This document shows positions 38,672 through 49,450 of a stretch of DNA of 64,000 nucleotides, one piece after another. Origin of the DNA: Squalus acanthias. Taxonomy: Eukaryota. The notes under the pieces were generated by a model, which was given only the letters and a program-made list of their open reading frames with translations, was not told the origin of the DNA and made no database searches. The DNA is taken from the NCBI GenBank assembly GCA_030390025.1, contig CM059432.1, positions 52,082,001 to 52,146,000 of the forward strand, read 5' to 3'. A program made the position numbers and the translations under genes. The first letter of the stretch is position 1. Each line of letters starts with the position of its first letter.

Positions 38672-41464
38672 ATAGCTTATTGGTATGTGCACAGGTTTGT
38701 CATTTTAACTCTACATAAAGCGAGAGAATCCAAGTCATGTAGATCCCACAAAACCGCTTAATGGCAGAAGGCACGTAGGCAAGGCTATATTGATTCACTG
38801 TATAAACTTTTTGTGAAGTCCATACTAATTCATAATGGTTAGAACACTAAGGAATCCTTCAAAAAAATCAGCCAAAGCAAACTTACTCTTTAAAAAAAAG
38901 CAGTGTTATTTATCTTGACACTGGTTATTAGTGAGAAATGGCAGCCAAATTCATTATTGATTATTTTTTGTTGTTGATTTGGTTCCTCTTAACCACTGTA
39001 ATGAGATATTAGACATGACTGTAACTAACTGTACAGGATAGTTTTGTAGTCAAAAGCCTATTGCTATATTGTTTCTGATGGCAGACAGGCACAGCTGACT
39101 TTTTCACTCCAGGGAGACACTGCACTAGAATGGCAGTGACAGCTGGAGGTACATGCAGATGGTATACATTCAGTCCAGGCAGACCACAGTGGAGTACTAG
39201 GTCAGACTTGGTGTCTCCCAAATTAATACTGTAATATAACACAAACTACCAGAAGGGCAGGTCCTTTCAACGCCTGTTATTTACAAATATCTCCAACTTT
39301 AAAAAACCCAATGAAAATTTTCCAAAACAGCTGCATGATAACTCTTTAAAGCAGAATAAAAATTTTACTAATTTTAATTTACCTATTAAAAAAACTCTTG
39401 TGTGAGTTTTAAAAGAATGCATTTTTCTCCCATTGTTTTCCTGTGGCTCAGTGATTCATGCAGCGGTACAGTTCAATGAGCGCCATTGCCCAAGTAATTG
39501 GTCATACTTCAGATATGAACTTAGATGGTGAGTGTCAGTAGGCTATTCAATCATAAGGAGCATCACAGCCTAGCCCAGTCCTGTTCTCACCTAATGTCCA
39601 TACATGTGCACTTGCCAGTGGAGGTCAATGGATATCAGTGGGGAGTGAAAACCTAGGTGACTTTTTTTTTAACCTCAATATTGACTTCCTCTCTGTTTGA
39701 GATCAGCTAAATTAACGCAGGCTAGGTATTGAAGCTGGGACTTTGCTGTGTGGCACAGTAATAGACCAGAGGGTATGTTTACCCATTTTCTGTAAGTTCT
39801 GCCTTCAGTTCTGGGCATCCCACCTTTGGAAGGATATATTGGTCTTGGAGAATATCACTGGGATTATATTTGAGATGAAAGGGCTGGATTATGATGAGAA
39901 ACTGGGTAAACTTGGATTATATTCCCTGGCAATTAGTTTAGGGGTGATGTGATTGAGATGTTTAAAATAATGAAGGGAATTCGCAGGTATAATGATCCTG
40001 AAATACTGAACTGTATAAGGTGGAGTTGTGGCTCCTCGCACCCCTGGGGAAGAGGAGGGAACGTTGAGTATGTAAGGCAAATGGGAAGGTTCAAGATGGA
40101 AGGTGAAGTTCTGTAGCAGTTGCTGACTTGTATTTATTGTTACTGGTTATTATTAAATACTTTCTCTTCTATATACATAACTGGAGCTTTGTCTGGAGAC
40201 ATTGAAAACCTTGTTATATGGTGCTTTTGTTGGTCTTCGCATAGGATAGATAGGGAACCATTCTTTCCTCTCGTAGGGGAATCCTGAACAACATTAATAT
40301 AGAACTGGAGCTAAGTCAATTAAAAGAGAATTCAGGAAAAATGCCTTAGCACAAAGGTATGATCAGCATTATTTTAAAGCTGACCATTACTTCCAATTCA
40401 AACAAAGCCAATCAGAAAATCTAGGCTAAAGGGTTATGATAATGTGGAATACACTGCCCCAAATGCAAAGTCAATTCGAATCATAGAGGATAACAACACA
40501 GAAAGTGGTTGTCGGCCCATCATCTCTGTGTCGTCTTTTTGCTAGAGCAATCCAAAACTAATCTCTGTGCTGCACCCCCTCTAAGGCCAGTATGTCCTTC
40601 CTGAGGTGCCTCTGCCCCAACCACTTCATGATTCCATGCTCTAATAACCCGCTGCGAGTTTAGGTTACTCCTAACCTTTCTCCTCATCCTTTTAGTGTTA
40701 ATTTTAAATTGATTACCCCTTGTCCCTGACTCCCAAACCAGAGGAAATAGTATTTCCCCATTCACCCCAGAAAATACTTAATTTTTTTTTTTAATTGAGT
40801 TGTTTTAAAGTAAGATAGATACTTACTTGGGAAGTAAGGATATTATGGGATATGGAGAATAGAGAGTGAATTTGGGATTTAAAAGAATGAACTGCCGCAG
40901 TTGACAAAATAGCCTACTCCTAATTCTGTGTTCCCTGCAACACACCAAATTGCTGATAACATTTATTGCCTGATCAATAAATGGTCATATTTAAACTCAA
41001 CTTAAATTATCGTTCTGTGTACAGAAGCAACATATCTGTTTTATGTGCCTGGGAAGAATCTAGGCAGTACTTCAAATTTTGATCACTTTAAATGCGTGGG
41101 AGGGATTGTTCAGAGTTTTCTATTTGGATATGGGATGATTTGCAAATTTGGAAAAGTATGAAGACTTGTAGTCCTTCAAGTGTGACTTTCAACAGCAGAG
41201 GGAGCAGTTGTAGCATCTAAATTATCTGATTCAAAACAGGCAATGTGTAGCTGCATGTCTAATGCCCCAGCTATTCTACACAAATCAGTGCCGCATTGGG
41301 CACATTTTACTATGGAAAGGTAGAGCTTCAGCCCATCACTGTTCCAAAGATTGCTAAAAAAGATCCTTTACACTCTGAAATTCTAACAAGTAAAAGTCTG
41401 TTTTTATAAGCAAGATATCCATTACTGGAGCTGTGAGACTAGCTGTTGATCACAGTTGATAGGC

Positions 41465-42330
41465 ATAGATAAGTGAGGTGGTGCATTTTGGTAGGACGAA
41501 TAAGGAGCCACATACTCCTTAGAAAATAAGAATCTAAATGGGGTAGAGGAGCAAAGGGATCGAGGGATACTGATTCACAAATCATTAAAAGTAACAACGT
41601 AGGTTAACAAGGCCATAAAAATGCAAACAAAGGAGTGAGGTTCATTTCTAGAGGAATAGAATTGAAAAGCAGAGAAGTTATGTTAAACTTATATTGAACC
41701 TTGGTTAGATCACACTGTGCACAGTTCTGGTCTCCATATTACAAAAGGGATATAGAGACACTGGAGAAGGTGCAAAACAGAGGAAAAATTGAATAGTCTG
41801 GGGCTCTTTTCTCTAGAAAAAAGAAGGCTGAGGTGCAATATTCCCAGCGGCCGCGCAGCCGGCTTGACAATAGGAACAACCACACATGTGCGGAAATTTG
41901 AATGGGCCGCACATCCAAAAAAAAATTCAATGGAACATTGCTGAGGGGTGATCTAATAGAGATCTTTAAAATTATGAAGGGGCTTGATAGGATAGATGTA
42001 GAGAAGATGTTTCCACTTGTGGGGGAATGCAAAACTAGGGGTCATGCATATAAGACAGTCACTAATAAATCCAATAAGGAAATCAGGAGATACGTCTTTA
42101 CCCAGGGAATGGTTAGAATGTGGAACTTGCTACCACATGGAGCAGTGAGGCGAATAGCATAGATGCATTTAAGGGGAAGCTAGATACGTACATGAGGGAG
42201 AAAGGAAGAGAAGGATATGCTGATGGGGTTAGATGAAGTAGGGTGGGAGGAGGCTCGTGTGGAGCATAAACACTGGCATAGGCCAGTTGGGCCGAATGGC
42301 CTTTCTCTGTGCTGTAAATTCTGTGTAATA
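41465..42330 (+). mobile_element. CR1 3' fragment (same family as 18395-21340)
   Basis: LRGDLIEIFKIMKGLDRIDVEKMFPL; CR1 3' UTR. Confidence 0.85.
41836..41940. mobile_element. hAT-type MITE inside CR1
   Basis: TIRs CAATATTCC / CAATGTTCC; TSD CTGAGGTG/CTGAGGGG. Confidence 0.75.
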
Positions 42331-43189
42331 CCAACCTATGTAATACTGCAATAACAACAGAAAATGCTGGAAACACTCAGCAGGTCAGGCAGCATCCATG
42401 GAGAGAGAAACAGAGTTAATGTTTCAGGTCTGTGACCCGGTCACCTGTCACTTTAATTCTCCGCTCCACTCCCACTCTGACCTCTCTGTCTTCAGCCTCT
42501 TACACTGTTCCAATGAAGCTCAATGTAAGCTCGAGGAACAGCACCTCATCTTTCTATTAGGCACTTTACAGCCTTCTGGACTCAACATCGAGTTCAACAA
42601 TTTCAGACTATAACCCCTGCTCCTATTTTTTCAGGCAGCAGCTGTTGATGATTCTGCCATCCCCATTTGCAACATTTAAGGGTAAAAATTCACTTGGTTG
42701 CGCCTCCCGTTAGCGCCTTAAGAGGGCGCTAATGGGGCGTTAAGCCGCTAACGCCCGGGCGCAGCGATGTTTGCGCCGCTCGAGAACTTAACTTGAGATT
42801 GTGCGGCGGCGCTAAAACTTACCGCTGCGACCACCTGCGCGCGCAGATTATGACGTCATTCCATGGTGCAACGCCCTTGGGGCGCCCCGGAGCGGAAATT
42901 GAGTGGCGCCCCCTGCCTTACCACCTGGCGCTTCCAACGACCGGAAGACTGGAACGCTATCAATCGGTGTGGGGCTGGGGGGGGCGCTATTTAAAGGGGG
43001 CCTCTTCCTGTCTTTTTCTGTGGTCGACATTTATGCACCACTCGTTCTGAGAGAGAGAGAGAGATTCGGAGAGAGAGAGAGAGAGACTTCTACATTGACT
43101 CAACGCTTTGTGAGGTAGTTTTGCCTATTCATCCTAACTTTGTTGCTACTTTAGTTGCTGTACCTCATTACTTTTCTGGCAAAGAAAAT

Positions 43190-44341
43190 ATGGGGGCTGC
43201 AATGATTGGGGGCGTCGTCCTGCTCCAGCTGAATCGGAGGATACAGAGACGCAGACAGAGAGTGGCAATGATGGCCAGACGGAGGAGGGCCATCAGGCGC
43301 ATGTACAGGAGAGCTTACCCTCCCAGGGTATATCGTGAACAGCTCTCCTACATCCATATGTCCGAGGAGCTGTGTTTGCGAAGGCTGCGATTCAGCAAGG
43401 AGGTGGTCACTGAGCTCTGCCACCTGCTGCAGCCAGATCTGCAGCCTCAGCTGAGGTCCAGGACGTCTCTGTCGGTGGCAGTGAAGGTCACAGTGGCTTT
43501 GAACTTCTACGCCACTGGCTCATTCCAAGCTGCTGTTGGGGACCTCACCAATATCTCCCAGTTTGCGGTGCATCGCTGCATCCGGCAGGTCACCAATGCC
43601 CTCTTCAGAAGGAGATGAGACTTCATCTCTTTCCCTATGACCCCAGACAAGCAGCGTGACCGTGCTCTGGGCTTTGCAAGGGTAGCGGGCTTCCCCATGG
43701 TGCAGGGCGCCATTGACTGCACGCATGTGGCCTTGCGTGCTCCGCGAGAGAATGCAGAGGAATTCAGGAACAGAAAGGGGTTCCATTCCTTGAATGTGCA
43801 ATTGGTCTGTGACCACAGACAGGTGATACTCGCTGTCAATGCCCACTATCCGGGCAGCTGCCACGATGCTTTCATCCTGCGCCAGACTACTGTGGCAGAA
43901 GTTTTCGAGGCACCACATCAGCCAGTTGGTTGGCTTCTCGGGGACAAGGGGTACGCATTGAGCACCTGGCTGATGACACCGCTCCGTACGCCAAACACCC
44001 CTGCTGAGCTGCGGTACAATGAAAGCCATCAAGCAACCAGGAACATTATTGAGCGCACAATTGGCGTGCTGAAACAACGGTTCCGCTGTCTGGACCATTC
44101 CGGAGGAGCCCTGCAGTACTCGCCTGAGCAAGTTTCGAACTTCGTAGTCGTGTGCTGCATGTTGCACAACATGGCAATCCTCAGGACCCAGCCAATGCCA
44201 CCAGGCCTTGTAGCACCACCAGAGGAGGAGGAGGAAGAGGACGAGGACGATGATCATCAGCAGCACCAAGGCGGGAGGGCGGCCCACAATGGTCAAACTG
44301 CAAGGGCCGTCCGTCAACGGCTAATAGCAAGCCGCTTCTAG
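43190..44341 (+). pseudogene. Harbinger (HARBI1-like) DDE transposase, 383 codons with one in-frame TGA at 43616-43618
   Basis: ORFs 43121-43618 and 43637-44341 share a frame; motifs LRRLRFSK, ALNFYATGSFQ, GAIDCTHV, YPGSCHDAFIL, LLGDKGY, IERTIGVLKQRFRCL. Confidence 0.93.
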
Positions 44342-44635
44342 GGCCCCTGCCATTGCTACAAACACTAATCAACCCAGCACGCAACCCCTAAGCCGGCCAA
44401 GGCACCAATAATTCCAACCACCAGCCATGTATATTTTGAATACAGAAACTTATTTATTTTACAAACTCTGTGTGTGTCAATTCCTCATGACAAACTCATA
44501 GAAATAAACACAAAAAAACAGTCAATAACATAACTGGTTCTCACAACCTGGAGATAATGTCCAAAACACTAAACAAAAGTTGGACCATGAACCTTGGCCT
44601 TTCATAAAAAAATGACCAGCATTTTGTCACACCTC

Positions 44636-46502
44636 CTACTTTTTGCCCTTCGAGGGTGATCTCCTTCCCTTGCGCACTTCCCCCCTTCTAACCCTACTGC
44701 TCCTCCGTAATGGGACCTCAGTGGCTGCAGCAAGGCTGGTGGAAGGCTGTTGCTCGTCAGACCCTGACACTGCAGATGCCCCTGAAGGACGGCCTCGACC
44801 ACTTCTGGGCCTGGAGGGCCCGGCTGCAGACTGCACCAACTCTGCATGGGCGGCAGCAGTCTGTCCTACAGGCGGTGGCAAGTGCAGTGGAGAAGTGACA
44901 GTGTTGGCAGCAGGAATGCTGTCATCGTGAGAGAGGCCAGCAACTCCCTGCTCGCCCGACACACTGGCACTCCCACGGGGCAGCACTTCAGCATCCGGAG
45001 CAATCTGCCGGAGAACAGATTGCTGGCCTGCTGCGGCGCGGTGACAGCCCCGGGGACATGTGCACGTACCATCGAGGTTGGCAGCAGTCTGTGCTCGCGT
45101 GGCCTCCATCTGAGTCTGTATGAGAGCAGTCAGAGGTGGGATCACGGCAGCCAGTGACTGAATTGCAGCACTAAGCGTTAGTGTGGCATCCGCCTGTGCT
45201 ACAGCGAAGTGCTCCACACTCCTTGCCAGTGACTCAATGCATTCGGGCACCCTTCCCACTGCACCCATGAGCTCAGTGTGCATGCCCACCGCCTGGGTGT
45301 TCATTTCTGCAATCAGCCGCTCCTCCTCTGCGTCCATTGCAGTAGGAGTGTCTGGCATACTCTCCCTCTGGGGAGAAGGCCCCCGTTCTTCCCTACCCCC
45401 CCCCCCCCCCATGGCGTTGCTGCAGCCCGCTGGGTCCTGGAGCTTCACCATCATCAGCCCCTTCCCCCCTGCTCCCCTCCGGGGAAGGCGTGTTCCCAGT
45501 GTGGGCATGGGCTTCCTCGGGAGAGGGTGGCACTGATGCTCTGGCTTCCTCTTCCTCCTCAGCTGCAGCATCACTCCCAGTGGCAGCTTCAGGGCCCGTC
45601 TCCTCAGCTGGTGAATCACCATCTGAAAGCAGGGAGGTACAAGAGTGGCTTTAGCGTGAGGACAGGGTGGCAGTAAGGGAGGAATAAGTGCAGCGAGTTA
45701 GCAAGTTGGATTGAAAGTGTCAAAGGCTGGTGTTGTGAGGGACAAGTGGAAGGACAGAGGACAAAAAGGTGATGACCTTACCATTGCTGTCCACAACGGG
45801 GTCGGCGTCTCCAGTGGCGACGGGACCGATCACCCGGCTTGCCACAATCCTGTGGATGCGCTCCTCCAGATCGCTGAGGGGTTGCAGCTGAAGCCGCCCT
45901 CCACCTGTCCGTTGCTGCTGTCTCCTATTATGAGCCAGCTTAGCCTGCAAGAAAAAGGACAGCATCTGAGTAAATATACAGCCATGGTCTTGCCTGATGT
46001 GCCTCCCATAGGTGAATAGCCCTTACAATATACAGCCATGGTCTTGCCTGATGTGCCTCCCATAGGTGAATAGCCCTTACAATATACAGCCATGGTCTTG
46101 CCTGATGTGCCTCCCATAGGTGAATAGCCCTTACTGTATGCAAAGTGTGGAATGTGTGTGTGTGTTTGATGAAAGGGCCATAGGTGTTGGATGAGTGTTG
46201 TGCATTGTGAGGTGGAGTGAGGTTGAGATGGAGGGATGGAGAGGTATTGAGAAAAAGCCACTCACCCTGACGACCCGAGTGAGGTCGTTGAACTTTTTGC
46301 GGCATTGAGTATGGGTCCTGGGCACCATGCTCCTGGAGGAGACGCTCTGAGCCACCTCCCTCCACACTCTTCTGAACTCGCGTGGCAAAGGCCTCCTGCC
46401 ACTCTCAGGGAACAGCATACATCGTCTGCGCTCCACTGCGCCAACCAGAGCATCCAAGGCCCGCTCGGTGAAGCGATGAGCGCGTTCTCTCACCCTCTCC
46501 AT
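44636..46502 (-). pseudogene. Harbinger Myb/SANT-like gene, 3 exons (46502-46266, 45944-45782, 45622-44636), apparent 1-nt frameshift in a G15 run
   Basis: MERVRERAHRFTERALDAL..WREVAQSVS..RTHTQCRKKFNDL; GT-AG junctions (GTGAGT/TTGCAG, GTAAGG/TTTCAG); exon 2 AKLAHNRRQQQRTGGG. Confidence 0.85.
45973..46134. repeat. 3 x 54-bp perfect tandem repeat in Myb intron 1
   Basis: Identical units at 45973, 46027, 46081. Confidence 0.95.
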
Positions 46503-47304
46503 GCTTGGCAGCAAAATGGATTCACAGGTCTCTCCAGGCTGAGATTCAAGGCTGCAATGAGCAGGGTGTGGCTGGGGAGCAAGTGGCCCCCCCCGCTTTA
46601 AGAAGTGTCCGGCGCCAGTGTGTCTGTGTTCCCTCGCTAACTGGCAGCAGCTGCGCTGCGCTCGCGCGCTGAGTTAGCGCCTCACTCCTTGGCCTTTGCG
46701 CCTTAAGAGAGGTGTGCAGCGCCTGCTTTAGCGCTCCACTCACCTCCCGGGGCGGTAAAAGTGAAGTTTCCTGTCAGTGCCGATAATTAGCGCCAGGCGC
46801 TAATATTTGCGTCTGGACGATATTTGCGCCCCAAATGGGGCGCGACCTAATTTCTACCCCTTAATCTATCCTGCCTTCCACCCTATCACAGACCATCCCT
46901 TTTGTTCTTTTCTCCCCTCCCCACTTTCCCTGCCTCTGCACCTGGTTAAAATCTGTTACATCTCTAACTTTTTCCAGTTCTGACGAAGGGTGCTGAGTGT
47001 TTCCAGCATTTTCTGTTGTTTTTTCAGATTTCCAGCATCCGCAGTATTTTGCTATTGTGTAATACTGCATGTCACCGTGGGTACACCACAGTGTGTGCAT
47101 TTACAAGGATAAAGCACTGTTGTCATTTATGCCTAACGGACCCAGTGTAAACATACCAGTGTGTCTTTTTTAACAAATACAAAAAACTTTTACTTGTTAT
47201 AACTTCAAAATGGATTATTTGTGTTGTGGTTATTAGTACTACTTTGCAATAGTCTACACTTTACAGGTTTCTACAATAAAAATAACAGGGATGAGAAAGT
47301 AACT

Positions 47305-47820
47305 CACAAATGACATCCTTTGTGACTGTGACCATGGTAAGCTATCCCTCCTCGACCAGTCTGCAGCCTTTGACACGGTTGACCACTCCATCCTTCTCCA
47401 ACGCCTCTCCGTCGTCCAGCTGGGTGGGACTGCACTCGCCTGGTTCCATTCTTATCTATCTAATCGTAGCCAGAGAATCACCTGCAACGGCTTCTCTTCC
47501 CGCTCCTGCATCGTTACCTCTGGTGTCCCCCAAGGATTTATCCTTGGACCCCTCCTATTTTTCTTCTACAAGCTGCCCCTTGGCAACAGCATCCAAAAAC
47601 ACAGCGTCAGTTTCCACATGTACGCTGACGACACCCAGCTCTACCTCACCACCACTTCTCTCGACCCCTCCACTGTCTCTAAATTGTCAGACTGCTTGTC
47701 GAACATTCAGTACTGGATGAGCAGAAATTTCCTCCAACTAACTATTGGGAAGACCGAAGCCATTGTCTTTCGGTCCCTGCCACAAACACCATTCCCTCAC
47801 CACCAACTCCATCCCTCTCC
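47305..47820 (+). mobile_element. L2 reverse transcriptase fragment
   Basis: SAAFDTVDH, GVPQGFILGPLLF, MYADDTQLY, WMSRNFLQLTIGKTE. Confidence 0.88.
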
Positions 47821-49164
47821 CAAGCAGCCAAACCAGCACAGATTGGGTTATTGATCCTGGGACCTTCTTTGGTGTATGGCCTTAATATGTAGCCATTATC
47901 TTGAGTCACTGGGATGGCTCACAGTTGAGACTGTTAAAGAGCCAATGTTGCTTCTAAAACTGATTTGAAAACTTGGAGCAAAGCTTTCTTCTCTTGTAAG
48001 GTGCTTTTATGCTAGTGCCGCCAGGTGCCCCAACGCAAACCTAGTGCAGCTGGCTGCATGAGTCCCATCCATGCTTGGGGAACCTGTCAATATAAAAGTG
48101 CCTATAGTTGTATTTGCTGTGTAAATATTTTTAAATTCCCTTGTTTTAGCTGCTAAACAAACAACCTTTCTCAGACGTCTTGTGAGTTAAGAGGAAAGAG
48201 TATTTAAAAAGACAAGTTACAGAATACACAAGCAACAGACATGTTAGAGCAGGGTACTGACTCTAGATGGTTAGATAAAAGAGCTGTTAAAAGCATTTGC
48301 TACTCTGTGATGTGGCTTGACCAAAAGCAAAATACTTGAATGACAGACTCCCAAAAGTATCTAATTAGACTTCCTGGCAGACTACTTAACATTCTTGATT
48401 TTAAAAAAAAGTGTGGCATGTTTACAGTCTTTCTCTGCAGATAGCACTGTAATATACTGCTCTCAGTAATTTGACTATGCTACATTATGGTGAGAATCAG
48501 TTATGTAACCTTATTACAAAATAGCACTCCTACTACAATAATGAAGAGGAACTCACCTTTGGGTCCTCTTCGGCCAGACAGCCACCTGATGCTGTTCGGA
48601 GCATGCACGGCACTTTATCCACCCAGCTCAGTTCAAAAATGGAAATCGGAGCCCTGTGTGCATCAAAGTACCCCAGTTAGCATTTTAAACGGGCATCCCA
48701 TACCGCCTGACTCATGGAGCTGGTGTGGTCGTTCAGCTGTAGGCCCGAGGTGACATTGCCACGGCCACAGTGACAGTGGCAACGGGGTGGTAGATTGTTG
48801 CTCACCATTTTCGGGGTGCTACTGCCCTGTGTCCGCCAGGTGGGAGGCCTGAAATTTCTTCCCACTGTCTTTAGGATGAGATGTTATCTGGGGGAGCTTG
48901 CTGTTTGTGGGGCCTTGCTACGTGCAAAAACTAAGTCAGGCTGTTTGACTGCAAGGGACATCACATTTGAGCCCAATCCCATCCTCACCCGATGTCCATA
49001 CCTGTGTACTTCTGGCAGGAGTACATTGAATAGCAATCTGGAGTGCGACTGCTAGCTTGTAGAATATCTGTTGCCCGTGCTGAGATCCAAACCCCTTTTC
49101 AATACTAGCTGCAGCATTAGAACACCAAAGCAAATTGCACTTTTTAAGCCAAAGGCAGTTTAAG

Positions 49165-49450
49165 AAAAGAAAGACTTGCATTTATATAGCGCCTTGCACG
49201 ACCACCGGACTTCCCAAAGCGCTTTACAGCCAATTAAGTACTTTTTGAAGTGTAGTCACTGTTGTAATTCAGGAAACGCGGCAGCCAATTTGCGCGCAGC
49301 AAGCTCCCACAAACAGCAATATAATAATGACCAGATAATCTGTTTTAGTGATGTTGATTGAGAGATAAATATTGGCCAGGACACCGGGGATAACTCTCCT
49401 ACTCGAAATAGTGCTATGGGATTTTTTTACGTCCACCTGACAGGGCAGAC
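49165..49450 (-). mobile_element. Deu-domain SINE fragment
   Basis: Reverse complement of the 3' part of 57445-57815. Confidence 0.75.

Larger units (their letters stand above)
42679..46860. mobile_element. Full-length PIF/Harbinger DNA transposon with convergent transposase and Myb/SANT genes
   Basis: TIRs AGGGTAAAAATT / GGGGTAGAAATT, TSD TTA (42676-42678, 46861-46863), two recognisable genes. Confidence 0.93.
42351..47057 (+). mobile_element. PLE family B (inverted 5' repeat, GIY-YIG end, 3' repeat), split by the Harbinger insertion
   Basis: PVTCHFNS..KLEEQHLIFLLGTLQPSGLNIEFNNF at 42437-42613; 3' part resumes at 46864; 12-bp TSD TGTAATACTGCA (42339-42350, 47058-47069). Confidence 0.85.

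Noticed and set aside
43520..44317. 265-aa minus-strand ORF and other overlapping ORFs in the Harbinger
   Set aside because: Antisense shadows of GC-rich transposase and Myb coding sequence
43190..44341. Domesticated host HARBI1, or selenocysteine/readthrough at the TGA
   Set aside because: Bounded by TIRs and TSD and nested in a PLE; TGA lies after an Arg run and fits CGA decay; no SECIS recognised
45973..46134. CRISPR-like array or repeat-containing ORFs (45830-46261, 45940-46365)
   Set aside because: Contiguous identical units without spacers, inside a eukaryotic transposon intron
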